A stretch of DNA of 55,941 bases from a virus (Duplodnaviria > Caudoviricetes): the IMG/VR virus record IMGVR_UViG_3300035704_000011, positions 1 through 55,941 of that record. One strand, 5' to 3'. The translations under genes were made by a program, and so were the position numbers. The notes below the pieces were generated by a model. It was given only the letters and a program-made list of their open reading frames with translations, did no database searches and was not told the origin of the DNA. Below, in pieces: positions 9,571 to 19,498 of the stretch; within the stretch, counting starts at the first letter, position 1, and every line of letters starts with the position of its first letter.

Positions 9571-9783
9571 TCAGGGTTGCTCTTGATCTTTGACCCGCCA
9601 AACTTCAACGACCTTGGCAGGCTCGAATTCGAGTTTTCGCCCTTCAATGATTACGAGATCCCGATAGCCGTATTCGTTCTCCGCCGCCTTTTTGACCAAG
9701 TCCAGCACATCGGCAAGGCGGTCAAATTCTTTTCGGCTGGCTGACGAGCCGTATCCCCAGAAAGCAAAGTATCGGTCGCACAT
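9571..9783 (-). CDS. Hypothetical protein (antisense moron)
   Basis: 70-aa ORF filling the gap, lower GC. Confidence 0.5.
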   Translation of the reverse strand: MCDRYFAFWGYGSSASRKEFDRLADVLDLVKKAAENEYGYRDLVIIEGRKLEFEPAKVVEVWRVKDQEQP

Positions 9784-11914
9784 GGCTGGCCCTTTCTACT
9801 TCGCCTGGACAGCGCCGGATGAGCTGTGGAGCTCCAGCGTCCTGCGCGAGGACGAAGCAATCTTCGCGATCGAGCTGCGCCAGGTAGAGGGCGATTTCTG
9901 CACCCTGCAGATCGATCTCGTCAACCCGCGGGTCGGCCTGCTGGCGGCCGGACGCGGCCTGTGGAGCTGGCTGTCGTGGACCCCGGCGGGCGGCGACGCG
10001 ATGCCGATCTTCCGCGGCCGTCTCGTCGGCGTGCCAGAAAACCTGCAGGATGAGGTCGTGCGGCTCCAATTCATCGCGCGGCCCGCCGACTACAACGCGC
10101 AAAAGGCGGCCGTCGCGGCGACCCTGCAAGTCGCGCCCTATTGGGATCCGGTGTGGCTCAAGGACAAGGTCGACGATCCCGACACCGTGCTCGAGAGCCG
10201 GCCGGTGCTGTGGCACATCGACCGCGTGACGCTCGCGGTTAGCGTCTCTGACATCATCGACGGCGAGGATGGTACGGTCGACGTCACTGAGGCCGATCAT
10301 TTTTATGACGCGATGACCGTCAGTTATGGTCAGACGCCGCTTCGCGAGGTCACGGTGACCGGAACCGTCACCTGGGCGCAGACGGGCGATGGCACGGTCG
10401 ACCTGACGCCGCCGCTGATCGCCGCGTTTCAGAATTCCGGTTCGCCGCTGGGGTCGCCGCTGATCGCCAGCCTGACGAGCGACGGCCTGTTGTCGTCATG
10501 GCCATCGCCCGGCTCTAACATCGGCGGCGGCTGGTCGGTCGGGATCGATTCCAGCATCGTCAAGGCTGACTGGATCAAGCCGGCCTTTCACAAGGTGGTC
10601 TATACCGACATCGACCCGTTTCCTGTGCCGCCATTGCCGACCAACGACGTGACGGCACCCAGTGTCTGGGTGTATCCGGATTCCTGGTATTTCCCGACGC
10701 CCATTAATAACTTGCGAACTCTGTTGGGTGGCAACGCGGCGGTCAAAACCTGGGGCATCGTGTTCCCGGTCACGCCGCTGTCTGTCCAGTTGATGGCCGA
10801 CTGGATCGCTAACCGCAATCGCTCGGAAACCGTGACCTTCACCCTGTCGGCCGATGTTCAGCCGATTATCACCGACCCTGGCAGCGACGAGAGCACCGCC
10901 CTTACCTATTCCTCGGACGTGATCGGCCAGGCGGTCGATCCGGGCGGTGCCGTGCCGCTCGGCGACCCGGGCCTCGCCAGCTACTTCAAATCTGATCGCG
11001 GCGTGCAGAGCTTCGAATATCTCGTGACATTGGCGCGCGCCAAATTGCTGGCGCGGGCGCGCTGTGTGATCGTCAAATTCGTCGCGCCGTGGGATTTGGT
11101 CATCCCGTGGATCTCGTGCCGTATCAATGTGAAATTGTTCGACGGCCGTTTGCCTGGGGGCGGCGTCATCGGCAAGGTCACCGGCTACGTGCTGACGTTC
11201 AGCGATCAGGGCATCGCGGCCGAGGTGACGCTGGGATGCACGGTCGGGCGGGGCAATACGGTGCAGGGATCGCCCGGCGATCCGACCTACGCCGAGGCGG
11301 GCTATATCGATGGCCCGACCTATACCAGCTTTATCAACGGCCAGATCGACCTCGTGCCGGGCGAGATCACCTATCTGAGCCTCGACAATTTCGACATCCT
11401 CGATGATGGCGCCAATCTTCAGGGCCTCACCGCGTCGAGCGCATTGCAGCCGACGCTGGCGGTCAGCCTCTCGACCCGGTGCACCACGATCCTCGGCAGC
11501 ACAACGGTGCTCAGATTGGGCCCCATCGACGGCCTGGAAAACGGCGGCCTCTACGCGATCGATGATGGAGGCCACGGTTTTATCCAGCCGGGCTCGCTGT
11601 TCACGTTCGACGGAACCAGCGGCGGCACGTTGAGCGTCGGCGCGAGCGCCCACGGAGACGGCATCGACGTGACGATCAGCCGGGCGGCCTCAAACGGCAT
11701 TACGGTAATCAATGGGCTCGCCGACCAGGTTAACGCGGTCAATCAGGCCGCACGCGTAACGGCCATGCCCGACCCGCTGGGGGCATTGAAACGTCTGCCT
11801 ACCACCGTCTGCCTCGAGCTCAGAAGCCTCGATGGCGGCTCGTTCAACACGACATTTCCGATGCAGCTGTCGCAGCTGATGGTGCCCAAGACGATCGACC
11901 TCGAAGCCGCGTAA
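9782..11914 (+). CDS. Tail tip/hub protein
   Basis: MAGPFYFAW start, 710 aa, PIFRGRLVGVP; position in tail module. Confidence 0.75.
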   Translation: MAGPFYFAWTAPDELWSSSVLREDEAIFAIELRQVEGDFCTLQIDLVNPRVGLLAAGRGLWSWLSWTPAGGDAMPIFRGRLVGVPENLQDEVVRLQFIARPADYNAQKAAVAATLQVAPYWDPVWLKDKVDDPDTVLESRPVLWHIDRVTLAVSVSDIIDGEDGTVDVTEADHFYDAMTVSYGQTPLREVTVTGTVTWAQTGDGTVDLTPPLIAAFQNSGSPLGSPLIASLTSDGLLSSWPSPGSNIGGGWSVGIDSSIVKADWIKPAFHKVVYTDIDPFPVPPLPTNDVTAPSVWVYPDSWYFPTPINNLRTLLGGNAAVKTWGIVFPVTPLSVQLMADWIANRNRSETVTFTLSADVQPIITDPGSDESTALTYSSDVIGQAVDPGGAVPLGDPGLASYFKSDRGVQSFEYLVTLARAKLLARARCVIVKFVAPWDLVIPWISCRINVKLFDGRLPGGGVIGKVTGYVLTFSDQGIAAEVTLGCTVGRGNTVQGSPGDPTYAEAGYIDGPTYTSFINGQIDLVPGEITYLSLDNFDILDDGANLQGLTASSALQPTLAVSLSTRCTTILGSTTVLRLGPIDGLENGGLYAIDDGGHGFIQPGSLFTFDGTSGGTLSVGASAHGDGIDVTISRAASNGITVINGLADQVNAVNQAARVTAMPDPLGALKRLPTTVCLELRSLDGGSFNTTFPMQLSQLMVPKTIDLEAA

Positions 11915-11947
11915 AGACCCAGGTTCATTTTCATTTCTGGCCCGCAT

Positions 11948-11972
11948 GGCCCGCTCTGGCGGGCCTTTTTTA
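11948..11972 (+). terminator. Intrinsic terminator-like hairpin
   Basis: GGCCCGC-tctg-GCGGGCC followed by T6. Confidence 0.7.
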
Positions 11973-11994
11973 TTGGCCGAAGGGACTTTCTATT

Positions 11995-12429
11995 TTGGAA
12001 CAGATCATCCGCCCGTTTCAATTGCAGGATCCGGCCTCGACGGCGCGCATTCCCGTCATCGTCGGCCAGGTCGACGTGCAGCCGGCGCATTTGTGCTGGG
12101 GCGGCGTCGGCACGTTGCCGATGGCGGTGCTGCAGGCCGACGATTTCAACGGCGAGAATTTCCGCCTCGAGGAGTGCGACGACCAGCAGGCCGAGGACAC
12201 GCGCGACACCGAGAATTTTGATATCGTCGATCAAAACAATCCCAACAACAAGATCACCGCGCAGCGTATCCGGCGCATCAATTTCAAAAAGACGTCGAAG
12301 CAACATTTTCTCGGCGTCTTCCACACCGACACGACCGATTTCGACCTCCCCGATTTTTTTGCCGGCTCCGGCTTTGGCGATGTGCCGGAAGAGGGCAAGT
12401 GCAAGTCGACTTTCTCGCTCAACCGCTGA
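11995..12429 (+). CDS. Tail tip-associated protein
   Basis: EQIIRPFQ N-terminus; synteny. Confidence 0.6.
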   Translation: MEQIIRPFQLQDPASTARIPVIVGQVDVQPAHLCWGGVGTLPMAVLQADDFNGENFRLEECDDQQAEDTRDTENFDIVDQNNPNNKITAQRIRRINFKKTSKQHFLGVFHTDTTDFDLPDFFAGSGFGDVPEEGKCKSTFSLNR

Positions 12430-12430
12430 C

Positions 12431-13360
12431 ATGGCTCAATTACCGGACGATCCGGGCTCCTATGGTAGCCCTTCGAAGCCGGTGCGGTTCGATCCGTGGC
12501 ACACGATCATCGCAGTGCAGTGGGATAAAAAGCCAGAAGAGCCGCCGCCGCCGCCGCCGCCGCCGTCTGGGCAGCCTTACTGCGGCAGCTATGGATATGG
12601 TGAAATCGTCCAATCCGTATCCCCCGACCGGATTAGCGCCGTGCCATATGGGCCTATCCTAAAAGCGCCTTTCGTCGGCACATTCTCGACAAGGTTGCCA
12701 GTAGGCCCCGGCGGGAGGGACGGCCATCTGTCGCATGTAAACACCGACCTATCGCATTTAGACGACAACGGCGCTCCAATAATAACGGCGGACCCTTTCG
12801 GCAACATCGCCACATCCATTCTGTTGGAATATACGAGCCTGAGCTTCACCAATTTTCAGCTGCTTGGGGAGCTGATAAACGCTGATGGCTCGCCCGACAA
12901 TAACGGCTGGACCGTACCGATGGCGCAGGGCGGGTTCCCGCCGAATGTTGTTACCGGATACAACATCCGCATGGATTGGAATATCGTCTCTGGCACCGTC
13001 GACGATCGCGACCAGGTCGGGCTTGGAATGACGCATCCTTTTAAGGTGGGGACGCTGCCAGCTCCGAGCGTACCGTTTGCCATACTCGGCTCGCGCACGG
13101 GTGGGTCCGCATCATATTTTTACGATTTCAAATATTTGGACTTTGCGCGCCGAGGCATAGGAATCTTCACCGAAGCGAACCAATTTGATCCGGCCGTCGG
13201 AGGGCCGGCGGTACTTTGGTGGATGTCAAAACGATGGTTTGAGACAGAGTGGTTCGCCTCCTCCGAGTTCATGTGGAACATATTAAGCCAGATTGGTGAT
13301 AATTACACATGGCAGATAACCGCCACATGCGCGCCCGAGCCTCCATTTATCTTTTCATGA
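12431..13360 (+). CDS. Putative receptor-binding/tail tip protein with low-GC C-terminal domain
   Basis: Short N-terminus, poly-Pro linker, then an AT-richer domain. Confidence 0.55.
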   Translation: MAQLPDDPGSYGSPSKPVRFDPWHTIIAVQWDKKPEEPPPPPPPPSGQPYCGSYGYGEIVQSVSPDRISAVPYGPILKAPFVGTFSTRLPVGPGGRDGHLSHVNTDLSHLDDNGAPIITADPFGNIATSILLEYTSLSFTNFQLLGELINADGSPDNNGWTVPMAQGGFPPNVVTGYNIRMDWNIVSGTVDDRDQVGLGMTHPFKVGTLPAPSVPFAILGSRTGGSASYFYDFKYLDFARRGIGIFTEANQFDPAVGGPAVLWWMSKRWFETEWFASSEFMWNILSQIGDNYTWQITATCAPEPPFIFS

Positions 13361-13407
13361 AATACCCGCCATTATTTGACTAACCGCTAACCGCGATTTC
13401 CTTTTTC

Positions 13408-13431
13408 CGCCGCCTCCGGGCGGCTTTTTTT
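13408..13431 (+). terminator. Intrinsic terminator-like hairpin
   Basis: GCCGCC-tccg-GGCGGC followed by T-run. Confidence 0.7.
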
Positions 13432-13446
13432 ATTCCCCGGAGCCAG

Positions 13447-14289
13447 ATGGCTGATCTGACAGTCCCGCTGACCTTCCGCACTGCCGGTGCTTGGGGTCCG
13501 GGCCAGAACCGCAATCTCAGCGCCGAGCAAGTCGACAGCAATTTTTACGAGCTGGCGCTGGCGCTCGCAAACGCCCTCGCCAACCCGCCGAGCCCGATCG
13601 AGATCGCTTCGTTCAACGTCGCCGGCGCGGCCCTGACGATCGTGATGTCGAACGGCTCTACAGTGGGGCCGTTGCCGCTGCCGGTGCTGATGTGGCGCTG
13701 GCGCGACGCCTGGATGCCGTTCGTCCCCTATGCGCAGCTCGATGTGTTCAAGGTCGAGGGCACCGGCATTTTCCTGGTGCTGCTCTCCCACAATGCTGCA
13801 GCAAGCTTCGACCCGCTGGCGACCGACGTCGGCGGCAATCCGCTCTACATGAAGCTTATCGGCACCGCGATCCCGCCCGGCGGCGGAACGACAGGGCAAA
13901 TCCTGCGCAAGGCCAGCGACGCCGACAACGACACCCGCTGGGAGGACGCCCCGTTGCCGGTCGCCTTCTTCATGCCGGGCGCGCCGGACAGCAACGCGCT
14001 CAGCCAAGTGGTGATGACCGAGGCGGGCCTGTTCCCGGCCAATTTTGCGGGCAGCTTCGGCCCGGCCCGCGTCGCGGCAACCGCAGCCGCGACGGTGATC
14101 GTCAATGTCGCCGGCAGCGCGGTCGGCAGCGTCACCTATGACGCGGCATCGGCGACGCCGGTCTTTATGACCGCCGGCGGCGGCGTCGCCACGTTCACCG
14201 CCGGCGACGTCGTCGAATTGGGGTTCCCGGCCGTCCCCGACCTGACGCTCGCCGATATCGCCATCACCCTTAGAGCCATCAGGTCCTGA
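13447..14289 (+). CDS. Tail fibre/adaptor protein
   Basis: LSAEQVDSNF, WRDAW...Y..LD and IPPGGGTTGQILRKASDADNDTRW motifs of fibre proteins. Confidence 0.7.
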   Translation: MADLTVPLTFRTAGAWGPGQNRNLSAEQVDSNFYELALALANALANPPSPIEIASFNVAGAALTIVMSNGSTVGPLPLPVLMWRWRDAWMPFVPYAQLDVFKVEGTGIFLVLLSHNAAASFDPLATDVGGNPLYMKLIGTAIPPGGGTTGQILRKASDADNDTRWEDAPLPVAFFMPGAPDSNALSQVVMTEAGLFPANFAGSFGPARVAATAAATVIVNVAGSAVGSVTYDAASATPVFMTAGGGVATFTAGDVVELGFPAVPDLTLADIAITLRAIRS

Positions 14290-14295
14290 CCCACC

Positions 14296-15765
14296 ATGTC
14301 TGCGATATTTACCGAGGGCTTTGACAAATATGGGCCGGCGAATTCGATCAGTGCTGCCGTGCTGGCGGCGCTGACCGCCGGCGAGTGGAATGCCGGCAGC
14401 GGCACCTTCGCGATCGCCGCCGGCCTCAACGGCATCGCCGGCCAGGCGCTGGCGCTGGTCGGCACGCTCGACAAGACTCTGCCCGATAATTACCCGCGGC
14501 TGATCGGCGGCCTGCGCTTTGCAGCGACCCTTAGCGGGACCAGCGGGATCCTATTCGCCGACGGCGCGACCGCGCAGTGCACAGTTACCATCAACCCGAC
14601 GACAGGCACGTTCTCGTTGCGCACCGGCGCCAGCGGCGGAACTGCGATCGCGACGTCCAGCGCGTCGGTTAGCGCCAACGCGACCCACTACCTCGAATGG
14701 GACATCGAGATCGACGCCAGCGGCGACTATTCGATCTGGCTCGACAACGCGCTGATCCTGACCGGGACCGGCAACACCAAGGGCGGCACCGCCAACGCCT
14801 ACGCCAATCTGGAGCAGGTGATCGGCAGCGCAATGACCATCGACGACCATTACCTGTTCGATGACAGCGGCAGCCTCAACAATGCCGCGCGCAACGACAA
14901 CCCGATGATCGTCACGCAATTCCCGACCAGCGACGCCGCAGTGCAAATGACCTTTGGCGCCGCGCTCATCGGGCAGGATTATTCCGTGTCGGCCTCGACC
15001 AACGCGGCGGGCGCCAACCAGCTGGTGGCGCGAAGCTTCACCGCCGGGGTCGCCTGCACGCTCGACTCGGTCGCGATCATGCCAAAAGCCTCATCCGGCA
15101 CCGCCAAGTTCAAGGCGGCGGTGTACGATGGCGCGACCGGGACGTTGCTGTCCACCGGCCCCGAGGTGGTCGGCTGCACCTCCGGCACGGCCCTGATCCT
15201 GAGCCTCACCACGCCGCAGAGCCTTTCTGCTGCGTCTGACTACTGGGTCGGCTACATCACCGACACCTCGATCGTGCTCGCCCAGGTCGATGTAACGCTG
15301 ACCGGCGCCCGGGCCTCGAATACCTACGGCTCGGGCGCGCCGGGCACCTTGCCGACGATGACCCTGGGTCAAGCGAGCTGGCAGATCTGGGGCAACCTCT
15401 CAGGTGTCGCGGTCAATTGGTACGAGGTGGCGAACAACCCGCCGCCCGGCGATGTCAGCTTTGTCTTCGACAGCACCGTCGGGCACGAGGACCTCTACGG
15501 GTTCCCGGCGTTGCCGTTCACCCCGTCCTCGATCGGCCCGGTCGCGGTCAAAGGATTGTGGCGGCTGTCGCAGCCGGGCGTCCGGACCGTCGATCTGCGC
15601 CTCAAATCGGGCACGACCGACGATCCCGGCAATAATCCGGGGCAGACGCCGGCTGGTACCTACGGCTGGCTTTCCAGCTATTTCGACGCCGACCCAGACA
15701 CAATGACCGGCTGGGACCTGGCTGGAGTCAACAACGCCACCGCTGGCGGCAAGATCGCGTCTTAA
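14296..15765 (+). CDS. Virion structural protein (lectin-like beta domains)
   Basis: IFTEGFDKY start, HYLEWDI; Ser/Thr/Gly/Ala-rich. Confidence 0.65.
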   Translation: MSAIFTEGFDKYGPANSISAAVLAALTAGEWNAGSGTFAIAAGLNGIAGQALALVGTLDKTLPDNYPRLIGGLRFAATLSGTSGILFADGATAQCTVTINPTTGTFSLRTGASGGTAIATSSASVSANATHYLEWDIEIDASGDYSIWLDNALILTGTGNTKGGTANAYANLEQVIGSAMTIDDHYLFDDSGSLNNAARNDNPMIVTQFPTSDAAVQMTFGAALIGQDYSVSASTNAAGANQLVARSFTAGVACTLDSVAIMPKASSGTAKFKAAVYDGATGTLLSTGPEVVGCTSGTALILSLTTPQSLSAASDYWVGYITDTSIVLAQVDVTLTGARASNTYGSGAPGTLPTMTLGQASWQIWGNLSGVAVNWYEVANNPPPGDVSFVFDSTVGHEDLYGFPALPFTPSSIGPVAVKGLWRLSQPGVRTVDLRLKSGTTDDPGNNPGQTPAGTYGWLSSYFDADPDTMTGWDLAGVNNATAGGKIAS

Positions 15766-15796
15766 ATCGGAATCCAGGTTAGGGAATTAATACGCA

Positions 15797-16264
15797 ATGA
15801 GCGGTCGCGATACCTACACAATTCATTTCCGTCATGTTGCCGTCTCGGCCGTGCAGGATCTCTGTGCCGCCTATGCTGGCGCCAGCATGGCGCTCGAGGT
15901 GGTTTCGCTCACCATAGGCCAAATCACGCAGACTGCGGTCGAAAATCTTGAACTTTCGGTTAAGCATCTGCCGGCCACCGTTACCGCAGGATCTGGAGGT
16001 ACGGCGCCGACGCCGGTGCCCGGTGGCGGAGTAGCCGCGACATTTACCGCGCGCGTCAATGACACGACACCCGCGACTAGTTCCGGCACGACGGTCTATC
16101 CGCATGTCGATATCTTTAATCTGGTGAATGGATATCAGTGGATCTTCCCGGCTCTGCACCGGCCAAATTGCAAGCTCTCTGAAGCGCTGGTCTTCAGCCT
16201 CGACAGCGCGCCTGCTGGCTCCCGCACGATGACGGGCTCGATGACGGTCCGCGAGCTGTTCTAG
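15797..16264 (+). CDS. Virion structural protein
   Basis: 155-aa beta-rich ORF in fibre cluster. Confidence 0.6.
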   Translation: MSGRDTYTIHFRHVAVSAVQDLCAAYAGASMALEVVSLTIGQITQTAVENLELSVKHLPATVTAGSGGTAPTPVPGGGVAATFTARVNDTTPATSSGTTVYPHVDIFNLVNGYQWIFPALHRPNCKLSEALVFSLDSAPAGSRTMTGSMTVRELF

Positions 16265-16265
16265 C

Positions 16266-17333
16266 ATGACCACCGTCACCGTCTACCGCTCGACCGACAC
16301 CGGGGCGCCCAGCCTCACCGGCCAGGCCGGCGCGCTCGTTACCGTGCTCGATGCGGTGCTGGTCAACGGCTACAACAGCAACAACCCAGCCGGCGCGGGC
16401 TGGGCCAAGTCATTCTCTGGCACCAACAAGGCGGTCTACCGCAACAGCGCCGTCGACGGGACCGGGAGTTACCTGAACGTTGACGACAGCGCGGTTACCA
16501 CCGCCAAGGAAGCCTATATGACCGGCGCGACGGGAGCGTCTGGAGTCGGCACGCTGACCGGTCAATTTCCGACTAGCTCTCAGCTTAATATTGGAACATC
16601 GCCGGCTGGCGCTTTGGTGTGTCGCAAATCAACGACTGCGGATTCGACAGCGCGAGCCTGGACGATTGTCGCGGATGATACGGTGTTTTATCTGTTCGCT
16701 GAGACAGGCGATCAAACAAATCCATTTGCGACTTTTCCTTTCGTTTTCGGTGACATTTTTTCCTACAAGGCCAGCGATGCCAATCGCTGCATCATCATCG
16801 GCCGCAACGCCGCCAACATTTCAAGCGGCAATTCCGAACCGTTGGCTGCCCTGCTAAACACTACGGCCGGATTAAGTGGGACAATTATTGGTCATTACAT
16901 GGCGGCCACATGGACCGGGGTCGGCGGCTCGATTATCGTCGGAAAACATGTAGATCAGTACAAACTTGGCGGTAATATCAACGCCGCCGGCACCGGCATC
17001 TCCGGAGCCACAGCTTTCGTTAATGGCGTCTCTTATTCTGCAGCCATTGGTCGTGCCATAACTCCGAATTTGCCCTATCCAAACGGGCCAGATGGCGGCT
17101 TGTATCTATCTCCAATTTGGATCCATCATACTGGTTGCTTGCGAGGATATTTGAAAGGTTTATGGTCACCCCTGCACGACAGGCCGCTGAATCATAATGA
17201 CACGTACAGCGGCACCGGGAATCTGAGTGGCAAAAGCTTTTTATCACAAGCCATTCTGTCTTGGGCCAACACCACAGTTTCAGTCTCTGACGCAGCGCAG
17301 ATTCATGTCGAGACGTCCTCGACGTGGAGCTGA
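16266..17333 (+). CDS. Tail fibre-type structural protein
   Basis: YRSTDTGAPSLTGQAGALVTVLDAVLVNGY...AGW N-terminus familiar from proteobacterial phage tail proteins. Confidence 0.75.
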   Translation: MTTVTVYRSTDTGAPSLTGQAGALVTVLDAVLVNGYNSNNPAGAGWAKSFSGTNKAVYRNSAVDGTGSYLNVDDSAVTTAKEAYMTGATGASGVGTLTGQFPTSSQLNIGTSPAGALVCRKSTTADSTARAWTIVADDTVFYLFAETGDQTNPFATFPFVFGDIFSYKASDANRCIIIGRNAANISSGNSEPLAALLNTTAGLSGTIIGHYMAATWTGVGGSIIVGKHVDQYKLGGNINAAGTGISGATAFVNGVSYSAAIGRAITPNLPYPNGPDGGLYLSPIWIHHTGCLRGYLKGLWSPLHDRPLNHNDTYSGTGNLSGKSFLSQAILSWANTTVSVSDAAQIHVETSSTWS

Positions 17334-17336
17334 GCA

Positions 17337-18254
17337 GTGGCCGCCACCACATGGGACCCCAACAATAAAGCGGCCGGAATTACGCTGTCGAGCGGCAACC
17401 TCGTCGCGCTGGCGGCGAGCGGCACCAACCCCGGCGTCTTTGCCACCCGCCCGATCACCGGCAAGAGCTACGGCGAGCACACGGTCACGACGATCCCGGG
17501 GAACTTCGCGCTGGGCTTCGCCAACCGCAGCTGGAACGACGCGAGCACCACGATCCTCGGCGGCGACGCCAACGGGCTCGCCTTTCGCCAGGACGGAACG
17601 GTCAAGCTCAATAACGCCAATCTGACGACGATCCAGACCTATGCAGTCGGCAATGTCGTGCAGTTCGCCATCGATCCGTTCGCGGCGCTGGTCTGGTTCA
17701 ACGTCAACAATGGCAGCTGGAATAATTCCGGCGCAGCCAACCCGGCGACCGGGGTCGGCGGCATCGATTATTCATCGATGTCGTATGGCTCGCTGCTCCC
17801 CGCCTTTGGTGCAGTCACCACGACATCGAAGGTGACGACGGTATTTTCATCGGGAGGCTGGACCTATCCGGCGCCGTCCGGCTTCTCCTCGGTCGACGCG
17901 GTCGGCGCATCTGGCGTGGCGGCTGACTTGCTAAGCGCTACGGCACCCTATCTCGGCGCGGCGCGGCAAGACCCATTGACGGGCAGCTTCCAGCGCGTTT
18001 CGATTAATCAAGCCGGCTGGGGGCCGAACGGCAGCACCAACGTATCCGGCACCGTGACGGAGTCGGGCTCGCCGGTCGCCAAGATCGTCAGGATTTACGA
18101 TCGGGCGTCGGGAAAATTTCTCGGTCAGACGACATCGAGCGCGATCGACGGCACCTATTCGATCCCAGCCTTCGGCCATGCTCCCGTCGTAGCAGTCGCC
18201 TTCGACGACCCGACATATAACGCGCTCGTATTTGATGAAGTGATCCCAGCCTAA
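17337..18254 (+). CDS. SPRY/ConA-like domain protein with C-terminal prealbumin-like domain
   Basis: TTWDPNNKAAGITLSSGNL...GKSYGE; C-terminal VSGTVTESGSPVAKIVRIYDRASG...YNALVFDEVIP. Confidence 0.7.
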   Translation: MAATTWDPNNKAAGITLSSGNLVALAASGTNPGVFATRPITGKSYGEHTVTTIPGNFALGFANRSWNDASTTILGGDANGLAFRQDGTVKLNNANLTTIQTYAVGNVVQFAIDPFAALVWFNVNNGSWNNSGAANPATGVGGIDYSSMSYGSLLPAFGAVTTTSKVTTVFSSGGWTYPAPSGFSSVDAVGASGVAADLLSATAPYLGAARQDPLTGSFQRVSINQAGWGPNGSTNVSGTVTESGSPVAKIVRIYDRASGKFLGQTTSSAIDGTYSIPAFGHAPVVAVAFDDPTYNALVFDEVIPA

Positions 18255-18265
18255 CCGGGGAAGCC

Positions 18266-19288
18266 ATGGCGTACACCCCGCCGGCCGGGAACGCCGCCAA
18301 CTTCAATTTTGCCAGCAGTGGCTATGCGGCCCCCGCAGGGAATGCCGCCAATTTCCCGTTCGGCGTAAGCCCCGCCGCATCGGCGCAACAGGCATGGCGC
18401 CGTTTCAGCGCCGGGTCAGACGAAGCCGAGGACCTGCCATTCCGAGCACGGCGCTTCGCGCCGGCTCCGGCCCCAGGGATGGCGGCCGGCGCTGTCCCGT
18501 GGCGACGGCCCTTCTTCGCCGAAGAGGATGGCGAGCCCGACTGGCAGCCGCGACGCGGGCTGGCCGCGCCGATCCAGGCGTTCCTCAGTGGGCTTTCGCG
18601 CGAGGTCCTCGCCAGCGCTGCGGCCGATGCCAATCTTGGCGGCCTGGCGCGGGAGATCCTCGCCAGCGGCCCGGCCATCGCCGATCTCGGAGGCCTCGCC
18701 CGCGAGATCCTGCTCGGCCAGGAGACCGTCGGGCAGCTGGGCGGGCTCGCCCGCGAGATATTGGTCTCCAGCGCGGCAGGCGGCCGGCAGGCGGCGCTGG
18801 TTCGCGAAATCGTGCTGGGCCAGGCGATCACCACCGATCTCGGTGGCATCGCCCGCGAAACGCTGGTCAGTCGCGCTGCGGAAGCCGCGCTCGCCGGCCT
18901 CGTACGCGAGATATTGGTCGGGCCGCCGGTCGCCGCCGAGCTCGGCGGCCTGGCGCGCGAAATCCTGGTTTCCGCCGCGCCCGACGGACATATCGGCGCG
19001 CTCGCCCGCGAGGTCCTGCTCGGCCGCCCGGCCGAGGCGCGCCTTGCGGCGCTGGCGCGAGAGACTCTGACCGCTGTTGCGGCGACAACGTTCTTTGGCG
19101 GCATCGCCCGCGAAGTACTGGTCTCCGGCCCGGCGGCGGGAACGGCAACGTTCTTCGGCGGCCTCGCCCGCGAGACACTGGTCAGCAACGTTGCGGATGC
19201 GCAGCTCGCCGGCCTCGTGCGCGAGGTGCTGATGGCGCGGCAGCGGCCGCGGATGCGCCGGCCATCGGTGCAGTGCTGGCCCCTGTAA
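18266..19288 (+). CDS. Repeat-rich structural protein (about 16 copies of a ~14-aa LGGLAREIL repeat)
   Basis: Duplicated YxPPAGNAANFxF N-terminus, then tandem repeats. Confidence 0.7.
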   Translation: MAYTPPAGNAANFNFASSGYAAPAGNAANFPFGVSPAASAQQAWRRFSAGSDEAEDLPFRARRFAPAPAPGMAAGAVPWRRPFFAEEDGEPDWQPRRGLAAPIQAFLSGLSREVLASAAADANLGGLAREILASGPAIADLGGLAREILLGQETVGQLGGLAREILVSSAAGGRQAALVREIVLGQAITTDLGGIARETLVSRAAEAALAGLVREILVGPPVAAELGGLAREILVSAAPDGHIGALAREVLLGRPAEARLAALARETLTAVAATTFFGGIAREVLVSGPAAGTATFFGGLARETLVSNVADAQLAGLVREVLMARQRPRMRRPSVQCWPL

Positions 19289-19300
19289 AAGAGGTTACTG

Positions 19301-19498
19301 ATGAAGCTCGAATCCTGGCACAGCGCTGAGGACAAGCGGCGCTGGAAAATTGTGCGCACCGACGACTATACCGACGTAGCGGGCGAAATCATCACCGCCG
19401 ACGAGCTGTCTGGCGAGTGCTGCATCCAGGTCGGCGGTGAGACCAAGGTCTTGAGTTTCGGGCCGCGCGGTATCCGCATCGTCGGACGCCGCAGATGA
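19301..19498 (+). CDS. Hypothetical protein
   Basis: GAGG RBS, 65 aa, coupled to next ORF. Confidence 0.65.
   Translation: MKLESWHSAEDKRRWKIVRTDDYTDVAGEIITADELSGECCIQVGGETKVLSFGPRGIRIVGRRR

Noticed and set aside
12542-12565. Phase variation by (CCG)n tracts (also about 22406-22430)
   Set aside because: Triplet repeats keep the frame and simply encode proline linkers
12431-19288. Diversity-generating retroelement acting on fibre genes
   Set aside because: No reverse transcriptase ORF and no adenine-variant template/variable repeat pair seen
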